From positions 4,640,001 through 4,704,000 of the forward strand of contig OZ244561.1 in the NCBI GenBank assembly GCA_965217585.1: 64,000 nucleotides of DNA, given 5' to 3'. Below the pieces are notes generated by a model that made no database searches, had not been told where the DNA came from, and saw nothing but the letters and a program-made list of their open reading frames with translations. Made by a program: the position numbers and the translations under genes. This DNA comes from Candidatus Latescibacterota bacterium. Lineage in GTDB: Bacteria; Latescibacterota; UBA2968; UBA8231. Positions 38,270-48,429 of the stretch are shown piece after piece (positions within the stretch are counted from its first letter, which is position 1; each line of letters opens with the position of its first letter).

Positions 38270-39610
38270 ATGCAGGTCGATCCTTCCATTTTCAAAGCCT
38301 ACGATATCCGCGGCATCTATCCCGACCCCCTGAGCGAAGAAGTAGCCTATGCCATAGGCCGTGCCTTGGTGGCGCTGCTAAAGTGCGAGGAGGTCGTCGT
38401 AGGGCGCGACATGCGCCTTTCGAGTCCGGCCATAAAAGAGCACCTCTTGCGCGGCCTCGTCGATCAAGGCGCGGACGTCATCGACATCGGCATGGTCGGC
38501 ACCGATCAGTACTACTATGCCTGCGCCACCTTGGATCGCCCAGGCGCGATGGTGACGGCTTCGCACAACCCGCCCGAATACTGCGGCTTCAAGATGGTGC
38601 GCCAAATGCCCTATTTGCTCAGCGGCGAATCCGGGATCCAAGACCTGCGCCGCCTCGTGGCAGAAGAGAGCTGGGGCACGAGTCAACGGCGGGGTGCGGT
38701 TCGGACCGAGGACGTGGCAGCAGGCTTTATCGACAAGGTGTTGAGCCTGGTGGATCCGGCCCGCATCAAGCCGCTCAAGGTGGTGGCCGACACGGGCAAC
38801 GGCATGGTCGGGCCGATTCTGCAAGACGTGTACGAGCGATTGCCCATTGAGTTTATCGGCATGTACCTAGAGCCGGATGGCCATCTGCCCAACCACGGTC
38901 TCGACCCCATGCAGCCGGAAAACCGCGCCGACTTGGAGCGCCGCGTCCTAGCCGAAGGCGCAGACGTCGGTTTTGCCTTCGACGGCGACGGCGACCGCTT
39001 TTTCATCATTGATGACCGGGGCCGCTTCGTGCCCGGCGACTTTGCGACCGCGCTGATGGCTTGCTACATGCTAGAGCGCCATCCCGGTGCCAAGATCGTG
39101 TACGATGTGCGTTGCTCGTGGGCCGTGCCCGACCTCGTAAAAGCGGTCGGCGGTACCCCGCTGATCGAGCGCGTGGGGCATTCGTTCCTCAAGCCGCGGA
39201 TGTTTGAGGAAGAAGCCGTTTTCGCGGGCGAGCTGAGTGGTCATTACTACTTCCGCGACTTCTTTGGCGCGGATTCGGGCCTCGTGCCGTCGCTGGTGAT
39301 GCTGGAACTGTTGTCGCAGCGCGGGGTTAAGCTCTCCGAACTGCTCGCTCCGCTAGAGCACCAGTACTTCACGTCCTCTGAGATCAACTCCGAGGTCGCG
39401 GACCCCGCCGCCAAAATCGCGGCCCTAGCTGACCGCTACCAAGACGGCCACATCCTGCGCCTCGACGGGATTTCAGTCCGCTACGACGACTGGCACTTCA
39501 ACGTGCGGCCCTCCAATACCGAGCCGCTGTTGCGGCTCAACCTAGAAGCCCTCTCCGCAGAGCGCATGGCCGAGAAGCGAGATGAAGTACTCGCCTTTAT
39601 TCGCGCGTAA
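38270..39610 (+). CDS. Phosphomannomutase/phosphoglucomutase
   Basis: FKAYDIRG, TASHNP, FDGDGDR, GELSGH, RPSNTEP. Confidence 0.93.
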   Translation: MQVDPSIFKAYDIRGIYPDPLSEEVAYAIGRALVALLKCEEVVVGRDMRLSSPAIKEHLLRGLVDQGADVIDIGMVGTDQYYYACATLDRPGAMVTASHNPPEYCGFKMVRQMPYLLSGESGIQDLRRLVAEESWGTSQRRGAVRTEDVAAGFIDKVLSLVDPARIKPLKVVADTGNGMVGPILQDVYERLPIEFIGMYLEPDGHLPNHGLDPMQPENRADLERRVLAEGADVGFAFDGDGDRFFIIDDRGRFVPGDFATALMACYMLERHPGAKIVYDVRCSWAVPDLVKAVGGTPLIERVGHSFLKPRMFEEEAVFAGELSGHYYFRDFFGADSGLVPSLVMLELLSQRGVKLSELLAPLEHQYFTSSEINSEVADPAAKIAALADRYQDGHILRLDGISVRYDDWHFNVRPSNTEPLLRLNLEALSAERMAEKRDEVLAFIRA

Positions 39611-39613
39611 ATT

Positions 39614-41071
39614 ATGACGGCCCCCGCCCCTAAGATCCCGTGGGCTTTCGCCCTCGACCGCCGCTACTTTGCGGCGTTTTTGGTTTTCCAAGGCGCGGTG
39701 GTCGCTGGCAGCATCTTCGTTTCCGAGTTCCTCCCGATCCTCGTCGTCGGCGCGCTCTGCGTCGCGTTCTTTGTCGCGGGCCTGATGCTGAGGCCGTGGA
39801 TCGTCGTCCCAATTTTGTTGCTGACGACGGCCCTCGACAGCACCGGTCGGCTGTTCGGCGAGTCCGGCCCTTCAAAAGACATCTTCTTGCTGACGGGGTT
39901 TCACTTGGCCTTCGGGCTGATGGTCGTCGGCTTGGCCGCCAACATCTGTCTGCGGCAGCGCATGCACTTTCCCGACTTCGAGATTAAGATGCCGCTCTTT
40001 TTGTTCCTCGCGTCTATTGCGGTGTCGCTGACGTACACGCCCAATCAGCCGGCTGCAACCGTCAGCTTCTTGCGGATTTGCGCCCTCGTGCTCTTCACCT
40101 ACATGGTGCAAATCACGCTCGACTCTAGGCGGACCGTGTCCGCGGTCTTATGGTCCCTAGTGGTCTTGACGATAGCGGGCTCAGTGATGGGGGCCTATCA
40201 GGTCATCACCGGCCAATTCCACCTGCCGGCCAAGGTCATCACCGCCTTGGGCGGCAACGTGCCGCGGGCGACGGGGGCCTTTCACAACCCCAACATCTTT
40301 GCCTCGTTTGTAATGAGCGGCGTCCTGCCGCTGTTGGCCGTCTTGCTCAATTATCGACTGCCTAGGGGCCAGCGGGCGCTTTTTGCTTTGTCGATCGTCA
40401 TCGGCATTGGCGGGCTGTTGGCCTCGTTTAGCCGCTCTAGCTGGGTGTCAACGCTGGCCGGCGTGCTCGTCATCCTCTGGTTGAGCGGCAAGCTGCGCTA
40501 TTTTTTTATCGTAGTTTTTGCCTCTATCCTGCTGGTGCTCGGCCTCAAAGAATTCGTGCCTTATGCCGAGTACATCTTCGAGCGCTTCGCCTCCATCTTT
40601 ACCTTGTTTGATGAGTTCGGCTCGACCGGCCGCGCTTCGAGTACGGCGCGCATTTATCTCGTCATGGCCTCGCTCGACATGTTTTTGGACCATCCGTTCT
40701 TGGGCGTTGGTTGGCGGGCCTTCCCGGTCGTATTCTCCGAATACGCGCCGCCCGGATATCCCCACTGGACCCTAGTAAAAGAGCCGCACACTATAGTGAC
40801 TGCGGTCTTGGGCGAACTAGGCATCGTTGGTTTCGCGGCTTTTGTCTGGTTTGTCGGGAAGACGTTCTTTTTGAGCTTGGGGCGCTTGCAGCAGATGCAG
40901 GATTCCTATTTACGCGCCGTAGCCATCGGCTTGATCGCCACGTTTGTCGCCTTCCAGGTCAATCAGTCGTTCAATGGCGACCTGCCCAGCAACATGTTTT
41001 GGTTCTACATCGGCATGCTCTTCGCCGTGCAGCGGCTCGACGCGGACGCGCGTGCGCCGTTAAGGTCTTAG
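39614..41071 (+). CDS. O-antigen ligase/Wzy-family polymerase
   Basis: About 12 TM helices; RATGAF.NPN, SFSRSSW, HP.LGVG, PH...LGELG. Confidence 0.8.
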   Translation: MTAPAPKIPWAFALDRRYFAAFLVFQGAVVAGSIFVSEFLPILVVGALCVAFFVAGLMLRPWIVVPILLLTTALDSTGRLFGESGPSKDIFLLTGFHLAFGLMVVGLAANICLRQRMHFPDFEIKMPLFLFLASIAVSLTYTPNQPAATVSFLRICALVLFTYMVQITLDSRRTVSAVLWSLVVLTIAGSVMGAYQVITGQFHLPAKVITALGGNVPRATGAFHNPNIFASFVMSGVLPLLAVLLNYRLPRGQRALFALSIVIGIGGLLASFSRSSWVSTLAGVLVILWLSGKLRYFFIVVFASILLVLGLKEFVPYAEYIFERFASIFTLFDEFGSTGRASSTARIYLVMASLDMFLDHPFLGVGWRAFPVVFSEYAPPGYPHWTLVKEPHTIVTAVLGELGIVGFAAFVWFVGKTFFLSLGRLQQMQDSYLRAVAIGLIATFVAFQVNQSFNGDLPSNMFWFYIGMLFAVQRLDADARAPLRS

Positions 41072-41117
41072 TCCCCTGTTTGCCGTGCCGGCGCTTTGAA
41101 GAACGCGAGGATCAATC

Positions 41118-42278
41118 GTGAAAGTTTTGCTGCTATCGCACCTCTACCCCAACGTCATATCTAAGCTCTCCGGAAGTTTTGTCCACAATCAGGCGCGTTT
41201 CCTCCAAGATCATTGTCAACTAGAAGTTGTAGCACCCGTGCCTTGGTTTCCCCTGCCGGGATTTGGGTTGTGGAGTGCCTACCGCCATGTCCCACGCTGC
41301 GAAGTGGTGGACGGAATCGAGGTACGACATCCCCGCCGCTTCGCCGTACCGCGGCGGATTTTTTTTACTCAGCAGTGGCGTTTTCACCTCAAGGCTTTGC
41401 GCAACGCTGTTGCGGGTGTGCCGGACATCATCCACGCACACTGCGCCTATCCCGACGGTCGGGCCGCTGTTGAGTACGGTTCACAAACCGGCCGACCCGT
41501 AGTCATCACGGTCCACGGTTCAGACATTAAGATCCTACCCAAGCTCAAGTCCCAATGGCGGCAATTGATCGTTGAGGCCCTAACGCAAGCCGCGGCCGTT
41601 ATTGTCGTCAGCCAAGAACTGCGTCGCGAGGTGATGCAATTGGGCGTCCCGGCCGATAAGGTTCGCTACATTCCCAACGGCGTTGACTGTCGGCTCTTTT
41701 CGGTGGCCGGGTCGCACCAGCCCGATAAAGAAAAGTGGCACCTACTTTATGTGGGCCGATTTGTCGAGGCAAAGGGATTGCACGTCTTGCTAGCGGCATT
41801 GGCTAAAGTGCGCAGTCAGGGCCGCGATGTCTCGTTGACCTTGATCGGCGGCCATCCTGCGACCGGGACCGCCGATCCTTTCCTACCTCAAGTCAAGGCC
41901 TTGAACCTGTCCGAGCATGTGTCGTTTGAGGATGCGGTCCCTTGGGAGGAGCTACCTTCCTATATGGCCGCCGCCGATCTGTTCGTGCTGCCCAGTTTCA
42001 GCGAGGGACTGACCACGTCGCTGATCGAAGCCATGGCCTGTGGCCTGCCCGTGGTCGCCACGCGCTGTGGTGGGCCAGAGGAGGTCGTCAATGAGGAGAT
42101 CGGGCGGCTAGTGGCGGTCGGCGACGCGGAGGACTTGGCGGCGGGCATCCTCGCGGTGCTAGACGAATACGACCGCTACGATCGCGCGGCGATCCGCCGA
42201 CAGGCCGAGGAACGCTACGACTATCGCCGGGTGGCGGCTCGCATTTACGCGCTCTACGAGGAGGTGCTAGCCAGATAA
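41118..42278 (+). CDS. GT4 glycosyltransferase (TuaC-like)
   Basis: HAHCAYPDG, TVHGSD, IPNGVD, EGL...LIEAMACGLPVV. Confidence 0.9.
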   Translation: MKVLLLSHLYPNVISKLSGSFVHNQARFLQDHCQLEVVAPVPWFPLPGFGLWSAYRHVPRCEVVDGIEVRHPRRFAVPRRIFFTQQWRFHLKALRNAVAGVPDIIHAHCAYPDGRAAVEYGSQTGRPVVITVHGSDIKILPKLKSQWRQLIVEALTQAAAVIVVSQELRREVMQLGVPADKVRYIPNGVDCRLFSVAGSHQPDKEKWHLLYVGRFVEAKGLHVLLAALAKVRSQGRDVSLTLIGGHPATGTADPFLPQVKALNLSEHVSFEDAVPWEELPSYMAAADLFVLPSFSEGLTTSLIEAMACGLPVVATRCGGPEEVVNEEIGRLVAVGDAEDLAAGILAVLDEYDRYDRAAIRRQAEERYDYRRVAARIYALYEEVLAR

Positions 42279-42398
42279 TGTCCGCAGATTCCCAACGCTG
42301 GTACCAATCCCGGACAATGCGCGGTACGCGGTTGCATAAATGGATACAAATGACGAAAATATAACGAGATAAGATACACCTTCTACCGCCAGAATCCC

Positions 42399-43538
42399 AT
42401 GTTCATTGCCGTTTTTTGGGCCGCCTTATTCCTCGTCGTCTATACCTATCTAATCTATCCGGTTTTGCTCTGGCTCTTGGCGGCCGGCCGCAAGATGCCC
42501 GAGTACGCGCCGCTGAGCGAATGGCCTACGGCGTCGCTGATCATTGCCGCGCACAACGAAGAAGCCGTATTGCGCGCCAAGCTAGAAAACGCGCTGGCCA
42601 TGGACTATCCAGCCGAGCGGCTCGACATCATCGTCGTCTCAGACGCCTCGACCGATGGCACCGACCGCATTGCCGCCGAATTTGCCGAGCGCGGGGTGCG
42701 GCTGCACCGGCAGGAGATCCGCGGCGGCAAGACCGAGGCGCAAAACGCGGGTGTGCGCTTGGCGCGGGGGCAGTTCCTCGCGTTCTCAGACGCCAACAGC
42801 ATGTACGCGCCCAGTGCGCTCAAGCGGCTGTTGGTGCCTTTTGCCGACGAGCGGATCGGCTGCGTCTGCGGCGAGCTGCAATACGCCAACCCAGACGACC
42901 AAGGCGCTGGCAAGGGCGAAGGTCTGTACTGGCGCTACGAGCAGTTTCTCAAGCGCCGGGAGAGCCTGCTCAGCTCCGCGCTGGGAGCTAATGGGGCGAT
43001 CTACGCGCTCCGGCGCGAGCTGTTCGTCGAGCTGCGCGGCGACATTATCAGCGACTTTGTCGCGCCCCTACACGCATGGCGGCGCGGCTTTCGCATTGCG
43101 TACGAGCCGACGGCCGTTGCCACCGAGTACAGCAGCGTCCGCTTTGGCGACGAGTTTCGCCGCCGCCGCCGCATTGTCTCGCGCTCGCTCTACGGGCTGT
43201 GGACCGAGGCCGGCGTGCTCAACCCGTTCGCGCACTTTTTTTTTGCGTTGCAGATGTTTTCCCACAAGGTGCTCCGCTGGCTCGTGCCGGTGTGGCTGTT
43301 GGTAGTGCTCGCGGTCAATATCCCGTTGGCCGCGAGCGAGTACTACGGCCTCTTGCTCGCGCTGCAAGTGGCTTTCTACGGCTTGGCCGCCTTGGGCCTC
43401 TTGCTGCCGGAGCGGCTTGGGCGATATTGGCTCTTCTACGTGCCGACTTATTTCACCGCCACCAATTTGGGCACCTTGCTGGGGCTGCTGAACTTTCTAA
43501 CGGGTCGCCGCCACCGCGTCTGGCAACCCACGAGGTAG
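42399..43538 (+). CDS. GT2 glycosyltransferase, membrane bound
   Basis: IIAAHNEE, SDASTDGT, FSDANS, GLYWRYE, SHKVLRW. Confidence 0.88.
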   Translation: MFIAVFWAALFLVVYTYLIYPVLLWLLAAGRKMPEYAPLSEWPTASLIIAAHNEEAVLRAKLENALAMDYPAERLDIIVVSDASTDGTDRIAAEFAERGVRLHRQEIRGGKTEAQNAGVRLARGQFLAFSDANSMYAPSALKRLLVPFADERIGCVCGELQYANPDDQGAGKGEGLYWRYEQFLKRRESLLSSALGANGAIYALRRELFVELRGDIISDFVAPLHAWRRGFRIAYEPTAVATEYSSVRFGDEFRRRRRIVSRSLYGLWTEAGVLNPFAHFFFALQMFSHKVLRWLVPVWLLVVLAVNIPLAASEYYGLLLALQVAFYGLAALGLLLPERLGRYWLFYVPTYFTATNLGTLLGLLNFLTGRRHRVWQPTR

Positions 43539-43545
43539 AGCGTTT

Positions 43546-45000
43546 ATGTCGCGCCTGAAACGCGTTGTCCTGCTGCTGTTGAGTGACACAGTCGCCGTCA
43601 GTTTGGCGTCGGTTTTCTTTTTGTGGATGAAGTTGGCCGGCGGCGGGCTGGAGATCGTCCGCCACAACTACGAGCGGCTTTATCCAGACGCGGTGGACGG
43701 GCCGACCTTCTGGTATGCGCTGGGCTATTACTCGGACGTGTTGCCGCTGATAAGCGGCTGCTGGCTGCTGCTGTTTTTGTTCTTTGGCTTCTATCAATCC
43801 TCGCCCTCTAGTTCGCGCTTCGACGAAATTTTCGAGGTCGTCAAGGTCGTCACCTTGGGCATCTTGCTGGCCATGATCGCCACCTTTGACCGCGACATCC
43901 GCCTCACTCGACTGCTGGTCTTGTTCTACTGGCTGGGCATGGTCGCGCTGGTGGCGGGTGGGCGGGTGCTGGTGCGCAGTTTTGAGCGGCAGCTCTTGCT
44001 GCGCGGCATTGGCCTCCGGCGCACGGCCATCGTGGGCGTGGATGCGCGCGGCATCCGGCTGCTGCGCGCGTTGCGCGCGTCGCCGGCTCAGGGGTATGAG
44101 GTCGTGGGCTTTGTGCGGGCGCGCGGAGAGCAAGAGCGCGGGGCCATTGACGGCCTGCCCGTGCTCGGCGAAGTAGGCAATCTGCGAACCATCCTTGCGG
44201 CCGAGGGCATTGAGGCCGTGCTCATTGCCCTGCAATCCAATTCGCACGAAGAGATCATGCAGATCGTCGAGGAGGCCGAAGGGCTGCCGGTCTCCTTCGG
44301 CATCACGCCCGACCTGTACGACATTGTGACCGGCCACGTGCGCACGACGCAGATTTACGGCGTGCCGCTGATGGAACTCAAGCCCGAGCTGATGCCGACT
44401 TGGCAGCGGACGGTCAAGCGGCTCAGCGATGTGGTGGTGGCCGTCGTCGTGCTCGCGGGCTTGGCCCCGTTGTGGCTGTTGGTGGCCGCGGCGATCAAAC
44501 TGACCTCCAAGGGGCCGGTTTTCTTTCGCCAAGAGCGCGTCGGCGAGGGGGGCCGGACCTTTGCAATGCTCAAATTTCGCTCAATGTACGTGGATGCTGA
44601 GGAGAAGACCGGTCCGGTGTGGGCCAAGGGTGCAGACCCACGGGTTACCCCGATTGGCCGGGTGCTGCGCGCCCTGCACTTAGACGAGATTCCCCAGTGC
44701 ATCAACTTCCTGCGCGGCGACATGAGCTTGGTCGGCCCGCGGCCCGAACGACCGTTTTTCGTCGAGCAGTTCAAGAAGCAGATTCCCTTGTACATGCGGC
44801 GTTTTAACGTCAAGCCCGGCCTGTTGGGCTGGGCGCAGTCCAAGCACGAGTTCGACCTCGATTCCAAGGACGTGGTGGGCATTGCCCGCGAGCGGCTAGA
44901 GTACGATTTCTACTACATCGAGAACATGTCACTCAAGCTGGACTTCAAGATCATGCTGCAAACGGTGTGGTTCGTGCTGACGGGCAAGAGCACGCGCTGA
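43546..45000 (+). CDS. Polyprenyl-phosphate sugar phosphotransferase (WcaJ/WbaP family)
   Basis: N-terminal TMs; KFRSM, DPRVTPIGR.LR..LDEIPQ, GDMSLVGPRPE. Confidence 0.92.
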   Translation: MSRLKRVVLLLLSDTVAVSLASVFFLWMKLAGGGLEIVRHNYERLYPDAVDGPTFWYALGYYSDVLPLISGCWLLLFLFFGFYQSSPSSSRFDEIFEVVKVVTLGILLAMIATFDRDIRLTRLLVLFYWLGMVALVAGGRVLVRSFERQLLLRGIGLRRTAIVGVDARGIRLLRALRASPAQGYEVVGFVRARGEQERGAIDGLPVLGEVGNLRTILAAEGIEAVLIALQSNSHEEIMQIVEEAEGLPVSFGITPDLYDIVTGHVRTTQIYGVPLMELKPELMPTWQRTVKRLSDVVVAVVVLAGLAPLWLLVAAAIKLTSKGPVFFRQERVGEGGRTFAMLKFRSMYVDAEEKTGPVWAKGADPRVTPIGRVLRALHLDEIPQCINFLRGDMSLVGPRPERPFFVEQFKKQIPLYMRRFNVKPGLLGWAQSKHEFDLDSKDVVGIARERLEYDFYYIENMSLKLDFKIMLQTVWFVLTGKSTR

Positions 45001-45254
45001 TCTTTCCCCTAGTTTCGATGACGAAAACGACGACGCGACCAACGGCCTATCTCGCCGATCTGCAATAGGTGGGGGACTGAGGAGCGGTCGAGCTTGGCTG
45101 ACGGCGGCGGGCGCTCAGGTGAGCCGCCGAGAAGTCGCGATAGACGTTCAGTGCCAAAATCCGCGTAGTGAAGTCGCCTATCGAAGCCACGTCATTGGAA
45201 ACTGCATGTCATACCTCCAACGTCGCCAAACAGATCAACGATGGAGATTGATAC

Positions 45255-45801
45255 TCAGATAAGCTCTCGAATCTTCTTGTGAAAGTAGCAGAAACTGGGC
45301 GATGCGTTGGTAGCTACGTTCATGTGTGGGGCGATGCGCTCCGCCCATATCGACTTTTCTTGGCCGACTCCTCCCCTCTCTTTCAGTCCGTCCGCGCCGC
45401 CTTGGGATACTGCATCTGCCAAGAGTTCCCATGTGCCGCAAATGGTGTCGTTTTTGTAACGACTTAGGACATTGTCCTTGGCCTTCGGGTAAGCCGCTTT
45501 GATCGCGGGAATGTCACCGAGTAGCCCAGCTTCACCTTCTTCTATGGCAATGCAGAACCGGGTCTCTGGTTTGGGATTGCACGCATTCAGGACGGTGAAG
45601 AGTTCTTGGCGAAATGTTTTCAGACATTTGTCATCTAGGTCGCAAACCAGAATCACCACTGCTGGATAATTCGGGGGGTAGTCGGCAAATGTCTTCCCAT
45701 ACCCTGACCCTGGATGTATGTTGATTGCCGATGATCTTTGGAATCAGAATGTCGAGTATTTTTTTGCCGGACTGATCTTCGACGAGTACCTCAAAGTGCA
45801 T
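45255..45801 (-). pseudogene. DUF4276/TOPRIM-like protein, disrupted near 45701-45712
   Basis: MHFEVLVEDQSGKK from 45801 runs out of frame; GYGKTF...VILVCDLDD...IAIEEGEA resumes in another frame at a CAGGGT tandem microrepeat. Confidence 0.7.
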
Positions 45802-45805
45802 CCAA

Positions 45806-47079
45806 TCACCTTTCGTCGAGGTAGTCGCTGAACCAGAGGCCGCCCAGCGGCAATCCTTCTTCGACCATGTTGTTCACAATAGGATCGTCGCTTGCTCGGC
45901 GAATCGTTGAAAAGCCATCCTCGCCTTTTTCCAAAATCCAGACTTCTTGCGGCTCTAACGCATTGACGAAGTATGGCTGATGCGTCGTGACAAAAACTTG
46001 CGAGTTGCCTCTGCGTCCACTGGCGTGTTCGCGGAATTCGTTGGCGAGGGTCTCCAAAAGCTTGTGATACAGGCCGTTTTCCGGCTCTTCGATGCAGAGG
46101 AACGGAGGGGGTGTCGGGTCTTCGAGTAGCAATAAGTAGGCGAATACCTTGAGCGTCCCATCGGACACTTGCTGAGCATAGAACGGCTCTTGGAAGCCTT
46201 TGTCGTTGAACCTAAGCAGCAACCGACCATCATTGGTTCTTTCCGTGTCGATCTTGTGTATGCCCGGAATTTTCTCGGCGATCTTCTTTAGCATAGCCTG
46301 AAAACGCCGTGGATGTTCGCGCTCCATGAATTGCACGACGTTGCCGAGATTGTCACCATGGATGTTGAGACGGCTCTGTGGACCAGCCAACGGTAGGCTG
46401 CGGGCTGCGTCGGGGGTGAAGTAACTGAGATACCATCCCTCGATGAAGCGGCGAAAAGCGGAAATTCGCGGGTATTGTTTCAAGGCACCGAGCGTGGCAA
46501 TGCCGAGCTTGCGCTGGTCTTCCAATTCGATGAGTTCTGCATCTTTGAATTCTTTTTCTTTTCCTATCGATTGTATCCACTCGGAAATATCGAAACCTTC
46601 TGATGTTTCATCGATTTGCTTACCCGTCTGGTTTCCCTTCCAAACCGTGCCTAAGCCTGCTGTAAGAGAAAGGAAAAAGAGTGATCGGTCATTTCCCAAG
46701 TCTTCTTTCATTGTTTCTTCAGCCACATAAGGACGCCCGAAATTGTTTGCCGCAATGGCGATCTCGTAAGTATAGGCTGGGCATTTTCTTCTTCTTTGTA
46801 ATGTACCTCGAACTCGATAGGACCTGTTTCCCCCTGCGTCCGCATCCTCTCGAACCCACCGCGCCCGCGTGCGTCGCAGGCTTCCTCAACGCCGAGTTTC
46901 AGGGCGTCGGCAAGGAAACCGAACGCATCGAACAGGGCGCTCTTTCCCACGCCGTTTTTGCCGATCACCGCTGTCATGGGAGTAAGCGGTTGGCTATTCG
47001 GTTGGTTCCACAGACGTCCCAGCGTAACGTCCTTGAGCACCTTGAAGTTTTTTATTCGCAAGCCTTCTATCTTAGCCAT
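45806..47079 (-). pseudogene. ABC/AAA_21-type ATPase split by a frameshift near 46770
   Basis: IKNFK and Walker A GKNGVGKS in 46708-47079; VSDGT, IEEPENGLY, TTHQP in 45806-46726; joining frames gives ..PITYEIAI..GRPYV. Confidence 0.78.
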
Positions 47080-47107
47080 TTTACCGTCCTCAATTCACGG
47101 CCCTACC

Positions 47108-47473
47108 TCATGCCTTGAGCGCCAGATGGACGAGTGCCCAGACGCGGCCGCCTTTCACCGTCCCGGCTAGGCGCAGCCAGCCGCCGTAGTGCGACACCCG
47201 CACAAAGGACGGCTTATCGAGCGTATGCTGCTGTACGACTAAGTTCATACGCGATCCTTCGTCGCACCAGTGGATGCCATCAGACGAGATCTGCACCTGT
47301 AGCTCGACGTCGGCCAAAGGCTTGGGGGACGAGTCCGCCGCTTCAGCGCGGAGTATTCGCACGAAGAAAATCGCCTCGTGGCTCCAGCCTGCCTCGTACG
47401 GCTCGGTGACAAACTCGCCCTCCCAGAGCTGATTGCGCTCCACGACGGCGGTGTGGCTCTGTCGCATACTCAT
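47108..47473 (-). CDS. Conserved hypothetical protein
   Basis: Coupled to upstream gene; TEPYEAGW..EA, QISSDG..W.D, VSHYGGWLRL look like a conserved family. Confidence 0.65.
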   Translation of the reverse strand: MSMRQSHTAVVERNQLWEGEFVTEPYEAGWSHEAIFFVRILRAEAADSSPKPLADVELQVQISSDGIHWCDEGSRMNLVVQQHTLDKPSFVRVSHYGGWLRLAGTVKGGRVWALVHLALKA

Positions 47474-48369
47474 CGCGCAAACTCCCCGGATAATAACACG
47501 GAGTCGATATAGAAAAAGGCCCGCTTATCCATGTCGGCTTCGACCCAAAAGGCCGCGTTGAGCATACACCACAGATTGGCCATGGCCGGCAGTTCAATGC
47601 AGTGCATCCCCTCCGGCCCGAAGGTGTGGTCGTTGCACTGAAACCCGGTGAAGGCCCGCCTTTTGAGATCCAAGCCGACGCGCAGATAGTGCCAGTTCAT
47701 TTTGGTGGCGATTTCGTTGTAGCACAAAAGCTGCGGCTCGCCCGGCACATCCTCCCAGCCCTCCGGCCCCAAGTGGAAATGCGACACCGTCTTGCCGCTG
47801 TGGCCAATCGGCTGTACCGACCGGGTGGCGGGCTTAGTCTGCCAGCGTGCCCGGCGCTGGCCGCTCTCGGCGTTGAGGTAGCGCAAGTGGGGCATCCAGC
47901 GCCGCCCTTGGGAATTGCCGTCCTGCACGTCGAAGAGCACACCCCAAGCGCGGACATCCATCTCGCCGAGCTTGAGTTCGGATGCTTCGGGCTTGAACGC
48001 GAAATAGCACTCCAACTGCACTTGGCCCAACGCCCGAAAGGTGTGCCGCTTGATGCCCACGGAGAGGCCGCCGGCCTGCGGGCGGGTGGCCAGCTTGAGG
48101 GCGTAGGTGCCCTCCATCGAGCCAGCCGTGCCAGTGTCCCACATTGTCAGGTTGCTCAACATGGGGGGCCGCAGGTCTTGGTAATCGGGCAGCATGGCGT
48201 CGAGCGAGTCTTCGTAGTTGCCGATCAGTCCGGTCCAGCCGTTCAGTCCCGCGTCGAAATCGTCGTAGCACAGAATGCGCTCGAGGGGGTCAAAGCGGCT
48301 CAACCGAGGATTGGCTAGCAATGATTCCACAGCATACTCCGGTGTTGGGATGTAATGAGCTCTCGCCAA
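47470..48369 (-). CDS. Conserved hypothetical protein
   Basis: 299-aa ORF with genome-like codon use, 4-bp overlap with the next gene; start uncertain. Confidence 0.7.
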   Translation of the reverse strand: MARAHYIPTPEYAVESLLANPRLSRFDPLERILCYDDFDAGLNGWTGLIGNYEDSLDAMLPDYQDLRPPMLSNLTMWDTGTAGSMEGTYALKLATRPQAGGLSVGIKRHTFRALGQVQLECYFAFKPEASELKLGEMDVRAWGVLFDVQDGNSQGRRWMPHLRYLNAESGQRRARWQTKPATRSVQPIGHSGKTVSHFHLGPEGWEDVPGEPQLLCYNEIATKMNWHYLRVGLDLKRRAFTGFQCNDHTFGPEGMHCIELPAMANLWCMLNAAFWVEADMDKRAFFYIDSVLLSGEFAR

Positions 48370-48370
48370 T

Positions 48371-48404
48371 AAAAAACCCCGCCGAACAGTGCGCTCGGCG
48401 GGGT
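48371..48404 (-). terminator. Intrinsic terminator
   Basis: Minus strand ACCCCGCCGA-9nt-TCGGCGGGGT followed by T run. Confidence 0.8.
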
Positions 48405-48429
48405 CAGTACGTCTGACGGGACAGGCGTA

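Noticed and set aside
45095-45135. Imperfect hairpin as an integron attC site
   Set aside because: Lacks the RYYYAAC/GTTRRRY core sites; single copy and no integrase
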